DNA from: an uncultured Candidatus Saccharibacteria bacterium
GTDB taxonomy: Bacteria; Patescibacteriota; Dojkabacteria; SC72
Direction of reading: 5' to 3'
DNA: 64,000 bases
Assembly: GCA_964480345.1 (NCBI GenBank)
Contig: CAYZNW010000001.1
Location: 82,137-146,136 of the forward strand
The notes under the pieces were generated by a model that was given only the letters and a program-made list of their open reading frames with translations, was not told the origin of the DNA and searched no databases. Of the stretch, positions 1-10,600 are shown in pieces (the stretch's first letter is position 1; each line of letters begins with the position of its first letter). Made by a program: the position numbers and the translations under genes.

Positions 1-693
1 TTTTCTTATGGAACAGCGGTGTTTCTGGAGTATTCATATACTTAGGTCCCCAATCATTACCAGGTAATACTCTTGCTGTAAATCCTATTACAGCTCCTTT
101 CTTAGATCTAATTGGAAACATTATCCTATCGTAGAACTTCTCTTTTACTATGTTGTTTTTCTCTGTAAATAGTCCTGATTGTAATAGCTCACTTTTTGTA
201 AGCTTTTTGTAAGAATTTAACTCCTTTATTAATTGAGGCCTTTTTGGAGCGTATCCTATACCGAAAGTTTTAATTGATTCTTTTGTAAAACCTCTGTTTT
301 TTAAATATTCAGAAGCTGGTTTGTTTAAATTTAGCTGTTTGTAGTAATACTTTGTTGCTATGTAGTTAATCTCCTCTAAAGTTTTATATTTAGAATTTGT
401 TTGAAATTTTTTCAATTCAACTCCTGCTTCTTTTGCTAATTTCTCTAATGTTTCTGGAAAATCTAAATTTTCTATTTTTTGTACAAAGTTGAATATATCT
501 CCAGATTCGTTGCAACCAAAGCATTTGTATCTTTGTATATCGGGACTTACCATAAACGATGGAGTTTTTTCTTTGTGGAAAGGGCATAAGCCTGAGAAAT
601 TTTTTCCAGCTTGTTTCAACTGCACATATCTACTGATGACTTGCACAATATCTAATCTGTCCTTGATCTCTGAGATTTGATTGTAATTATCCA
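1..693 (-). CDS. dnaG: DNA primase DnaG, N-terminal portion (C-terminal part lies beyond window start)
   Basis: Reverse-strand translation starting at ATG 693 gives MDNYNQISEIKDRLDIVQVISRYVQLKQAGKNFSGLCPFHKEKTPSFMVSPDIQRYKCFGCNESGDIFNF..., the CHC2 zinc-finger signature of bacterial primases. The ORF stays open to position 1. It is absent from the ORF track because it runs off the window edge. Confidence 0.8.
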
Positions 694-712
694 TTACTTG
701 GTATTATACCAT

Positions 713-1645
713 TTAGTCGCATATTATCTTGTTCTCTGTAACATTGCACTGCATCTCTGCTACCCCTGTACTACTTTTACTCTTCCATTCAATTTTCTCA
801 TTGTTAAAGTAAAGCTCGGTACTACTTAACCTACCTGTAATGATATGTAATGTCTTATCTATCTCAAATTCTGTTTCTGAAGGATCTACTATTTTTGCTA
901 CTTGATTTACACTGTCGATATCTAGCTTAACCCACGCTGGTGAATCAACGATCTTTAGTTTTATGATATTTTGTTGTATTACTTGTTCTTCTTGTATTAC
1001 CTCTTTTTTGTATGTGATTTTTCTGCTTTCTACTGTTTCTAGGACATTGTTACTGTTCTTCTTTGCTTTAATTGTAATTATATTTATTCCTTCATTAAGT
1101 TTTATGTTTTTTTCAAAATCTCCATGTTCTGTTGTCTCAACTACTACATCGTTTACTTCAACAGTAGCGTTTTCTGAGACTTTACCTGCTAGTTTTACTG
1201 CTTCTTCTGTTGTGGTTATATCTTGCTGTGGCTCTGTGATTGTAAGCTTTGGTGGTGTTTGAAATTTATATATTTGGAAAGATATGTATGCTATGACTCC
1301 GAGAGAGAAGAGTATTAAAATTGCTGTTATGAGTAATTGTGGAGTTAATCTTTTTCTACTTGTTTTTAATACTTCTTGGTTAATTCCCTTGTTCTCGTCT
1401 TTTTTGATAGGTGTGTGGTTGGTTCTTCTGTAGAGAGCTAATACTTTTTTGACATCTAAGCCCAAGTACTCTGCATATATTTTAATGAAGCCTTTTAGGA
1501 ATACTTCAGATTCAAATGGAGAGAATTCATCTTTCTCTATATATTCAAGAAATCTTTTCTGAATCTTTGTCTCAGCAGCAGCTATATCTAGGTTGATTTT
1601 GAGTTGCTGTCTTTTGTTTTTAACGACTTGTCCTACAGTAATCAT
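713..1645 (-). CDS. RodZ-like cytoskeleton/shape protein (N-terminal HTH, single TM, C-terminal DUF4115-like)
   Basis: The N-terminus FLKGFIKIYAEYLGLDVKKVLALY matches the RodZ HTH region. A single TM helix (LLITAILILFSLGVIAYISF) is followed by an extracytoplasmic beta-rich C-terminal domain. Confidence 0.5.
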   Translation of the reverse strand: MITVGQVVKNKRQQLKINLDIAAAETKIQKRFLEYIEKDEFSPFESEVFLKGFIKIYAEYLGLDVKKVLALYRRTNHTPIKKDENKGINQEVLKTSRKRLTPQLLITAILILFSLGVIAYISFQIYKFQTPPKLTITEPQQDITTTEEAVKLAGKVSENATVEVNDVVVETTEHGDFEKNIKLNEGINIITIKAKKNSNNVLETVESRKITYKKEVIQEEQVIQQNIIKLKIVDSPAWVKLDIDSVNQVAKIVDPSETEFEIDKTLHIITGRLSSTELYFNNEKIEWKSKSSTGVAEMQCNVTENKIICD

Positions 1646-1671
1646 TGTGCTGTATTCTACTACTATCTGTT

Positions 1672-3930
1672 CTATTCGTCATCTCTGCTTTTGCCAAGTA
1701 TCTCCTCTTCTGATTTGACTAAGACTTTTCTTGGTTTTGATCCCTCTTCAGGTCCTATTGCTCCTGCATCGTAAAGTTCATCTATTAATCTTGCTGCTTT
1801 GTTGTACCCGATTCTCATTTTTCTTTGCAGGAAAGATGAGGATGCTTTCTGTGTAAGGATGACTATCTGTAGAGCTTTCTCAAAATCAGGATCTCTACTT
1901 CCATCTCCTCCTGAACTGCTTCCATCTTTAGGTTTCTCCATTGCCTGAGCAAGATCTTCAGAATATTTTATATCTTCTTCAGTTACCTGCTCTTTTATCT
2001 TTTCAATAATATTTTCTGTGTCTTCTGTTGAGGTATATGTTCCCTGTATTCTAATAGATTTAGGTGTTGTTTGATCTTTGTAAAGCATATCGCCATTACC
2101 TAGTAAGGTTTCTGCTCCTCCCTCATCTAAGATTACTCTTGAGTCAATTAATGTTGAAACAGCAAATGCCATTCTACCAGGGATATTTGATTTGATTAGT
2201 CCTGTTATGACATTGACTGTAGGTTTCTGTGTTGCAAGTATTAGATGAATACCAACAGCCCTACCCATTTGGGCCAATCTCTGAATTTTTGTTTCTACCT
2301 CTATTCCAGATGTGAGCATAAGGTCGGCCATTTCATCAATTACAACTACGATATACGGCATAGCTGTGAATCCCATTTTAATATTGTATTCTGAGAGTTT
2401 TTTAGCATGTATCTGTTTTAATTGTCTGTATCTTCTCATCATCTCCTCGATGATCCAATCTAGTGCATTTGCTGTTAGAGAAACATCAGTTATGACAGGG
2501 TTTAATAGGTGTGGAATCCCATTATATGCAGCCATTTCTACTCCCATCTTAGGGTCAACCATAATGAATTTGACTTCATCAGGTGTTTTGGTCATAAGAA
2601 GTCCTGCAAGTAAAGAGTTAATAGCTACAGATTTACCTGTTCCTGTTGCTCCAGCTACTAAAAGATGTGGAATCTTGGCTAAATCTTTAATCATAGTCTT
2701 TCCAGTTATATCTTTTCCTAGTATTAATGGTAATTCATATTTCCTAGCATCCTGTTTAACTTCCTGTCGAAGTTTTTTGACAATATCTTTGGTATATACG
2801 AAGTTAGGGGTAGGATTTGGAATTTCAACTCCTATGAAAGATGTACCTGGTATTGGAGCTTCTATTCGTAGTGATGCTGTCTGAGAGGCTAATGCAAGAG
2901 CTAAATCGTTACTTAGATTTTTAACTTTTGCTACTTTTGTTCCAGTACTAATACTTAATGAGAATCGCAAGACTGTTGGTCCTACAGCAATTGCTACAAC
3001 CTTGGACTGTATTCCAAAGTTTCGTAGTGTTACTTCAATTATTCTTGCCTTCTCTTTGTAGATTCTCTCATCCTGTTTCTGATGCTCTTTCTCTTGTAAT
3101 ATATCGATAGATGGGAAGATCCAATTAGTAAATCTTGGTTGTTGAGGCTCCTGATCCTCTTTATCTGAAGCTCCAGTAGGAATATTCTCTACACGGTTTT
3201 CTTGCTCAAAATCTTCGTTTCCGTATGTTTCTTCTGGCTTGCTGTTAACATCTCTATTTAGTATCTCATCTAATCGTCTTTCCTCTTCCTCTTCATCATG
3301 ATGCTCTACATACGGCTCTGTTGGTAATTCTCCATTACTTATTTCAATATCATCTTTCTTCTCAAAACCGATTTTCTTAAAGAAATCTCTTAAATCAAAA
3401 CCTTTCTTCTGTTGCTCTTTCTCTTCTGGTATCTTGTTCTCTACAAAATCTCTAATTTGTTCGAGAGTAGTTCCTGTTATTAATGAGAAAGAGATTACCA
3501 AAATTATTACTACTATGAGTATCTCTATGAAGTTGCCAAATACACTATTTAACGATTGATGCATCTCTTTTCCAAACTCTCCACCTGCTCCTCGTAATGA
3601 ATCTAAATTATTCATCTGTTCTGGTGCTAGCCAGAAAGAAAGTAATATTCCTAGGGAGAGAGAGAAGAGTAAGAAACCAAAAGCCTGTCTTTTAGAGATG
3701 AACTTCTTGTTTTTTGAAAGGAAGAAAAAAGATGAATATATCAACAGAATTCCCCAAGTTATGGCTGAATATCCTAGCTTTAGTGCTATCGCATCGAATA
3801 GCTTAGATTGATCTAGTATGAATGGAGATATTAATACAATGAGTCCTAATATGAAGACAATGAGACCGAAGAATATCTTTGTTTCATTGCTTTGTATTGT
3901 GATTTCTTTTGTTTTCTTCTTTCTTGACAT
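1672..3930 (-). CDS. ftsK: DNA translocase FtsK/SpoIIIE
   Basis: N-terminal TM helices. Walker A is GATGTGKSVAINSLL. The FtsK motor block reads ILATQKPTVNVITGLIKSNIPGRMAFAVS. A C-terminal gamma (winged-helix) domain reads QKASSSFLQRKMRIGYNKAARLIDEL. Confidence 0.9.
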   Translation of the reverse strand: MSRKKKTKEITIQSNETKIFFGLIVFILGLIVLISPFILDQSKLFDAIALKLGYSAITWGILLIYSSFFFLSKNKKFISKRQAFGFLLFSLSLGILLSFWLAPEQMNNLDSLRGAGGEFGKEMHQSLNSVFGNFIEILIVVIILVISFSLITGTTLEQIRDFVENKIPEEKEQQKKGFDLRDFFKKIGFEKKDDIEISNGELPTEPYVEHHDEEEEERRLDEILNRDVNSKPEETYGNEDFEQENRVENIPTGASDKEDQEPQQPRFTNWIFPSIDILQEKEHQKQDERIYKEKARIIEVTLRNFGIQSKVVAIAVGPTVLRFSLSISTGTKVAKVKNLSNDLALALASQTASLRIEAPIPGTSFIGVEIPNPTPNFVYTKDIVKKLRQEVKQDARKYELPLILGKDITGKTMIKDLAKIPHLLVAGATGTGKSVAINSLLAGLLMTKTPDEVKFIMVDPKMGVEMAAYNGIPHLLNPVITDVSLTANALDWIIEEMMRRYRQLKQIHAKKLSEYNIKMGFTAMPYIVVVIDEMADLMLTSGIEVETKIQRLAQMGRAVGIHLILATQKPTVNVITGLIKSNIPGRMAFAVSTLIDSRVILDEGGAETLLGNGDMLYKDQTTPKSIRIQGTYTSTEDTENIIEKIKEQVTEEDIKYSEDLAQAMEKPKDGSSSGGDGSRDPDFEKALQIVILTQKASSSFLQRKMRIGYNKAARLIDELYDAGAIGPEEGSKPRKVLVKSEEEILGKSRDDE

Positions 3931-4092
3931 GGTTATTTTTTAAAAGATTAGCAGATTTAGTAATGTAGAATTTAATCTAGTACAGTTATTTAGTATATAT
4001 AATTGGAGGATTAAAATACAGGGGTGTCTTTCTACTGTTTTATACTAATTATTCATTTTTGAACAAAATGCTGAATATTGCAAGAAAAACCT

Positions 4093-4121
4093 TTGACTAT
4101 TCTTTCTAAGTATGATAATAT
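4093..4121 (+). promoter_or_regulatory. Candidate sigma70-type promoter upstream of rpoB (TTGACT-N17-TAATAT)
   Basis: TTGACT at 4093-4098, a 17-nt spacer, then TAATAT at 4116-4121. It lies about 105 nt upstream of the rpoB start in a 295-bp intergenic region. Confidence 0.3.
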
Positions 4122-4225
4122 CCTCCAAGTCCTTGGATTTTGCTTTAAGAAGTGGTATTGTATTGCGCTATCCTGAATATCGCTTCATCAAGTAATATGT
4201 TATAACATAACTAAATATTTACCCT

Positions 4226-7200
4226 ATGCTAAAACCTAAAAGAAACAGATCTGGAAGGCTAAATCTTGGCCTTGACTATTCCAGAGAATTAAATTTCCCT
4301 AATTTAATTGAAGCACAGATAACTTCTTTTGAGAGTTTCAAAAATAATGGATTCCAAAATCTATTTGCTGAAATCAATCCTGTAAAGGATACGATGGAGA
4401 GAATGTGGACTTTGGAGTTTAAGAATTTTAGATACGGTGACCCATACAGAAGTATAGAAGAAGCAATCAGAAAAGGTTTGTCATATGAGATTCCTGTGTA
4501 TGCAACAGTACAGTTAATGAATAACAAGACAGGAGAGATTAAAGAGCAGGAGATTTTCATAACTGATCTTCCATGTATGACTGATGATGGTGTATTTGTC
4601 TTTAATGGTGTAAGAAGAGTTGTAACTCATCAAATTGTTAGAGCTGAAGGTGTTTTGTATGAAGAATCAGACAAACTTCCAACTAGAACCATATACAAAG
4701 TTAGATTGATGCCAGAGAAAGGGCCATGGTATGAGATTGATACAAACAGACATAATGTCATAGCTATGAGAATCCTTCCAAAGAGACCTAAGGTTTTGAT
4801 TACAGAATTACTCAGAGTGTTTGGTTGGGAAAGTGATGACGAGATAAAGAAGCTATTTGCAGATGTTGATACACATGAAGAGAATAAATATATTGAAGCA
4901 ACATTAGCTAGAGATTTCTCTAAAAACAAGGAAGAAGCAGTAATTAGTATTTACAACAAATTAAGACCAGATGAATCAGTAACTTTAGAGAGTGCTGAGA
5001 GGTATATCAAGAGTAACTTCTTTAATGCTAGAAAATTTAATTTAGGTAGAATTGGTAGATATCAGTTAAATAGAAAGCTAGGAACTCAGTATGATATTAA
5101 CAACAACAGTGAAAACGTCCTCTATCCAAATGATATTGTTCTAACAGTTAAGAGATTGATTCAGATAAATAATGGAGATGTAGAACCTGATGATATTGAT
5201 CACCTATGTAACAGAAGAATTAGAAGTGTAGGTGAAATTATTGAGAGACAGCTTAATGGAGCAGTAAGAAGATTAGAGAAAAATATTAAAGACAAGATGA
5301 GTTTGTACGGTCAAGATGCAAAGGTTACTCCTTCTATGCTTGTAAGTACTAAACCAATTTCTGCATCAATTCAGTCTTTCTTCGGTGCAAATGCACTTTC
5401 TAGCTTCATGGATCAGGAGAATATTCTGTCTGAGTTAGAAAACAAGAGAAAGGTTACTGCTGGAGGTCCAGGTGGAATTGCAAAAGAGAGAGCTACCTTC
5501 TCTATTAGAGAGGTTCATAACTCTCACTACTCTAAATTTGACCCAGTAACAAGTCCAGAGAGTGCAAATATTGGTGTTGTTACTCAGTTAGCTATGTTAG
5601 CTAGAATTAATGAATTTGGTTTTCTTGAGGCTCCGTACAGAAAAGTTTACCATGTAGTAAAAAACAGTAAAAAGGATCTTGTTAACAGAATTCTTTCAAA
5701 AGATTTGAAGGTTGGAAAGAGTGTAATAGCTAAAGCCAGAACAAAAATAGATGAGAAGTTAGCAGAGAAGATTGTAAAGGAGAAATCAATCAAAGAGATT
5801 CATGTAAAGCCATTTATATCCGACGATATGGAGTATTTGGATGCTATGGATGAGGAGAAATATCAGATCTCATCTGCTACTGTTAAAAAAGATGAATTTG
5901 GTAATATCCTTGATACTCTACTTCCAGTTAGATACAAAGGAGATTTCTCTTTAGAAGATTCTAAAGTAGTTACTCATATTGATGCTATCGCAAGTCAGCA
6001 AGCAGGACTTGGTATGTCATTGATTCCATTTGTGTCACATAACGAAGCTATGAGAGCATTAGTTGGAGCTAACCAGCAAAGACAAGCAGTTCCTTTAGTA
6101 AAACAGGAAGCTCCTCTTGTTGGAACTGGAATGGAAGAGGTTGTTGCACACCAATCTTCTTGGGGGATTTTTGCAGAAGAGGATGGAGAAGTTCTTGCTT
6201 CAGATGGAAAGACAATGTCTGTTAAATATACAAAATCAGGAGTTAGAGAGTACAAGTTGACAGCATTTTACAGAAGTAACGCTAACACATCTTTCACTCA
6301 GAAACCTGTTCTAACAGTTGGAGACAAATTCAAGAAAGGTGATGTTTTGGTGGATGGTGCAAGTATGGTAAATGGAGAGTTTGCTGCTGGTACAAATCTA
6401 AGAGCAGCACTCATGTTCTATGAAGGATATAACTATGAAGACTCCGTAATCATTTCAGATAGAGTTGTTAAAGAAGATCTTTTGACATCTATCCATGTCA
6501 GAGAGTATGCAGTAGATATTCGAGATACAGAGCTAGGTCCAGAGGTAATCACAGCTGATATCCCACATGTTAATGATAGAATTCTACATAAACTAGATGA
6601 GATAGGAATTGTTAGATCTGGAGTCAGAGTAAAATCAGGTGATATTTTGGTAGGAGTTGTTGCTCCACGAGGAGAGAAAGAGCTTACAGCAGAGGAAAGA
6701 TTACTAAGAGCAATCTTTGGAGAATCAGCAAGTGATGTTAGAGATAACTCTTTGAGAATTCCTCACGGAGAAGAAGGAATCGTCATAAGGAGCCAGATGC
6801 TCTCAACAGATAAAGGAGACAAATTACCTCCAGGTGTTCTTCATCAAGTAAAAGTATGGGTCGCAAATACAAAGAAAATTGGATTCGGAGACAAGATTTC
6901 TGGAAGACACGGAGACAAGAATACAATTGCAGCTATTAGACCTATTGAAGATATGCCTTTCACAGAAGATGGAGTTCCTGTAGATATTGTCTTAACTCCA
7001 ACTTTCCTAAAAAGAATGAATATGGGACAGGCAGAGGAGGTTCACTTTGGAAGATTTGCTGAAATTTTGAATGAGAAATTTGCTTTCCCTATTTTCGAAG
7101 GAGAGAATTTAGAGTGGTTGACAGAAGAGCTAAAGAAAAAAGGTGTAACACCAGAGCAGAAAGTAGATTTGTATGATGGTAGAACTGGTGAGAAGTTCCC

Positions 7201-7606
7201 AAACAAAATCACAGTAGGTATGAAATATGTATTGAAATTACATCATATCGCTGACGAGAAAGTACACGCTAGATCTACAGGACCATACACTGCAGTATCA
7301 CAACAGCCAATTGGAGGTAAAGCTCAAATGGGAGGTCAGAGATTTGGAGAAATGGAAGTATGGGCATTAGAGTCACACAGTGCTCCATATGCATTGCAAG
7401 AAATGCTTACAATCAAATCTGATGATGTTAAAGGTAGATCAGCAGCATACAAAGCAATTATTCATGGAGACAAGATAGAAAATGTAAACATACCAGAGTC
7501 ATTTAAAGTACTCGTAAGAGAGTTGAATGCACTTTGTTTAAATATTGATTTAATTTCAACAAAGAACAACGAAGAAGAGGAGGTTACAATTGATGAAGAG
7601 AAATAA
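4226..7606 (+). CDS. rpoB: DNA-directed RNA polymerase subunit beta
   Basis: The 1126-aa translation carries canonical RpoB blocks (rifampicin-region SQLSQFMDQ-like FFGANALSSFMDQEN, NMGQ..., C-terminal GGQRFGEMEVWALE). Normal length, no inteins. Confidence 0.97.
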   Translation: MLKPKRNRSGRLNLGLDYSRELNFPNLIEAQITSFESFKNNGFQNLFAEINPVKDTMERMWTLEFKNFRYGDPYRSIEEAIRKGLSYEIPVYATVQLMNNKTGEIKEQEIFITDLPCMTDDGVFVFNGVRRVVTHQIVRAEGVLYEESDKLPTRTIYKVRLMPEKGPWYEIDTNRHNVIAMRILPKRPKVLITELLRVFGWESDDEIKKLFADVDTHEENKYIEATLARDFSKNKEEAVISIYNKLRPDESVTLESAERYIKSNFFNARKFNLGRIGRYQLNRKLGTQYDINNNSENVLYPNDIVLTVKRLIQINNGDVEPDDIDHLCNRRIRSVGEIIERQLNGAVRRLEKNIKDKMSLYGQDAKVTPSMLVSTKPISASIQSFFGANALSSFMDQENILSELENKRKVTAGGPGGIAKERATFSIREVHNSHYSKFDPVTSPESANIGVVTQLAMLARINEFGFLEAPYRKVYHVVKNSKKDLVNRILSKDLKVGKSVIAKARTKIDEKLAEKIVKEKSIKEIHVKPFISDDMEYLDAMDEEKYQISSATVKKDEFGNILDTLLPVRYKGDFSLEDSKVVTHIDAIASQQAGLGMSLIPFVSHNEAMRALVGANQQRQAVPLVKQEAPLVGTGMEEVVAHQSSWGIFAEEDGEVLASDGKTMSVKYTKSGVREYKLTAFYRSNANTSFTQKPVLTVGDKFKKGDVLVDGASMVNGEFAAGTNLRAALMFYEGYNYEDSVIISDRVVKEDLLTSIHVREYAVDIRDTELGPEVITADIPHVNDRILHKLDEIGIVRSGVRVKSGDILVGVVAPRGEKELTAEERLLRAIFGESASDVRDNSLRIPHGEEGIVIRSQMLSTDKGDKLPPGVLHQVKVWVANTKKIGFGDKISGRHGDKNTIAAIRPIEDMPFTEDGVPVDIVLTPTFLKRMNMGQAEEVHFGRFAEILNEKFAFPIFEGENLEWLTEELKKKGVTPEQKVDLYDGRTGEKFPNKITVGMKYVLKLHHIADEKVHARSTGPYTAVSQQPIGGKAQMGGQRFGEMEVWALESHSAPYALQEMLTIKSDDVKGRSAAYKAIIHGDKIENVNIPESFKVLVRELNALCLNIDLISTKNNEEEEVTIDEEK

Positions 7607-10600
7607 TAAAACAAAAATGGGGGACTTTGATGTTCTCAAGATAACTCTTGCCTCTCCAGATGAAATACTGGATTGGTCTTATGGAGAAGTTACTAAAGCA
7701 GAAACTATAAACTACAGAACATTTAGGGCAGAACCTGATGGACTCTTCTGTGAGAAGATCTTTGGTCCTACAAAAAACTATGAATGTTACTGTGGAAAAT
7801 ACAAGAAGATCAGATACAAGGGTATTGTTTGCGATAAGTGTGGAGTTGAAGTTACATCACAAGATGTTAGAAGAGAGAGAATGGGTCATATCGAGTTAGC
7901 AATCCCAGTTGCTCATGTCTGGTACGCATACGGTATTCCAAACAAAATGTCGATAGTTTTAGATATCCCTCATAAGAAAATTCTTTCAGTTATCTACTAC
8001 ACTAGATATATGGTAGTTTCTGCTGATACTGAGCAGAGAGAAGCTACTATAGTAAAAGCTAGAGATCTCAAAGAGGTTGAAGTTAAAGAGTTACATAATG
8101 AATTAGAAGAAGAGCTTAAAGCAACTACTGATACTTTTGATGCGGAGATGAAAGAGGAGAAGAAAGCTAAGAAGAAAGGTAAAGAATTTAAAGTTAGCCA
8201 ATTAGAGCATAAAAGGAATCAAGCTTTAGCAAAAGTTAGAAAAGATTACGCCGAGAGGGAAGAAGAGATAGAAGTTTTCTACTCTAAAATCATTCAAATT
8301 CTTGAGAAATTAGAAGTAGGTACTGTTCTATCAGAAGATGAATACTCTGATTTAGCAGATAGGGATCTTCTTTTCTTTGAAGCTATGATGGGAGCAGAAG
8401 CAATAGAGAAACTTCTTGAGAATCTTGATTTAAACGAAGAGATAGCTAAGTTAAGACAGAAACTTTCAAATGAAAAAGGAGAGAAGAGATTAGCATCTAT
8501 TAGAAGAATGCAGTATTTGGAAGGATTTTTGAAAAATGATATAAAACCATCTTGGATGGTCATAAAGACATTACCAGTCTTACCACCAGAGTTAAGACCA
8601 ATTATCCCTCTATCAGGAGGTAAATTTGCAACCTCTGACTTAAATGATTTGTATAGAAGAATCATTAACAGAAATAACAGATTGAAGAAATTGATTGAAA
8701 TTGGAGCTCCTGATGTTATCTTGAGAAATGAGAAGAGGATGTTGCAGGAATCAGTAGACTCATTGATTGATAACTCTCATAGACCATCTAAAGCTATGAT
8801 GAACAGTAAGAGATTACCGTATCAATCATTAACAGATGATCTAAGAGGAAAGAAAGGTATCTTCAGAAAAAACTTACTTGGAAAGAGGGTAGATTACTCT
8901 GGTCGAGCAGTTATTGATGGAGATCCAAGTTTGAAGTTTGATCAGTGTGGATTACCAAAGTCTATTGCATTAGAAATGTTCAAACCGTTTGTAATATATC
9001 AGCTTCTAGACAGAGAACTTGCTCCAAATGTAAGAGTAGCTAAAGACTTGTTGGAAGAGGAATCAGATGTAATTTGGGATATCCTTGAAGATGTAATTAG
9101 AAACAAACCTGTATTACTAAATAGAGCTCCTACTTTACATAAATATAGTGTACAAGCATTCTATCCTAGATTGGTAGAAGGAGAAGCTATTAGAATTCAT
9201 CCTTTAGTATGTAAAGCATTTAATGCAGACTTTGACGGAGACCAGATGGCAGTACATATTCTTTTGACAGATGAAGCTGTAGAGGAAGCTAAGAAAGAAA
9301 TGATGTCTTCCTTAAATATTGTAAATATTTCTAACGGTCAAGTATTAGCATCTCCAGCAAGAGAAATGTTGATTGGATACTATATGATGACCGATCTCTC
9401 TGAGAGAAAGAGTCCAAAGATATTCCCAACAGAAAACTCTGCAGTTAAAGCGTATGAGAGGGGAAATATAACTATTGATGAAGAGATTGTTGTTAAAGCT
9501 AAAGGTGAAGTGCTTCATACATCTGTTGGAAGAGTAATATTTAACAGTATTCTTCCTGAGAAGTATCCATTTATTAATAAACAGATTGATGTTAAAGCAG
9601 TTAAGAATATTATTGATGATATTAAAAATAACGAAGAGATATCTGAATTAGTTAGAATCTTAGATGATTTGAAACTATTAGGATTCAAATACTCTACAGA
9701 CCTTGGATTCTCATTTGCAATGGAGGATTGTAATGTTGATTTTGATTTGGAATCTGAAATTAAAAAGATGGAACAGAAGGACGAACAGTTACAAGAGAAC
9801 TATCTTCAAGGTTTAATGACAAAGAAGGAGAAAATAAATATCTCTACAAATATGTGGGATGATTTCTCTACTGAGTTAGCAGATAAAGCATGGGAGAAAT
9901 TAGACAAGCATAACTCTATCTTCCAAATGGTTGACTCAGGTGGTAATGGAGGAAAGATTCAGGCAAGACAGGTTTTGACAATTAAAGGTGTAGTTAGAGA
10001 TTCTCGAGGTAACTGGGTTGCAATGCCTATTAAGAGTAACTATCGAGATGGTTTAAGTGCATTTGAGTACTTTGTAGCAGCAAATGGAGGTAGAAAAGGA
10101 GTCGCTGATAGATCTCTTAAGACTTCTTCTTCTGGTTACCTTACTAGAAAACTTGTAGATGTTGCTCATGATGTAATCATTAGAGAAGAAGATTGCGGAT
10201 ATGATGGTGAAGGTCTACCTGTAAGAAGAGCTGATGACAGAAGAATTGATTTCAAAGATCGAATATACGGTAGAGTTCTTGCACAGGATGTTGTTTTAGG
10301 TAAAGAAGTTGTAGCAAAGAAGAATGAAATGATTAGTCCGGAAGTTGCTGAATTAATAGATAGTAAGGGAATTGATGAGATTTTTGTCAGAACTCCATTA
10401 CTATGTGAGTCTCCATTGGGAATGTGTAAGAAGTGTTACGGTTTGAATCTTGAGAATAATAAGGAAATAGATATGGGAAGAGCAGTTGGAGTAATTGCAG
10501 CACAGTCTATTGGAGAACCTGGTACACAGATGACTATGCAGACTTTCCATAAGGGAGGTGTTCAGAAGGTTGATATCACACAAGGTCTTCCAAGAGTAGA

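Noticed and set aside
489-680. 63-aa plus-strand ORF from the track
   Set aside because: It lies antisense inside the dnaG coding region, which has a clear CHC2 zinc finger on the minus strand. No motif, so likely spurious.
963-1262. 99-aa plus-strand ORF
   Set aside because: Antisense to the RodZ-like gene. A hydrophobic low-complexity translation is typical of reverse frames in AT-rich DNA.
2312-2884. 190-aa plus-strand ORF
   Set aside because: Fully embedded antisense in ftsK.
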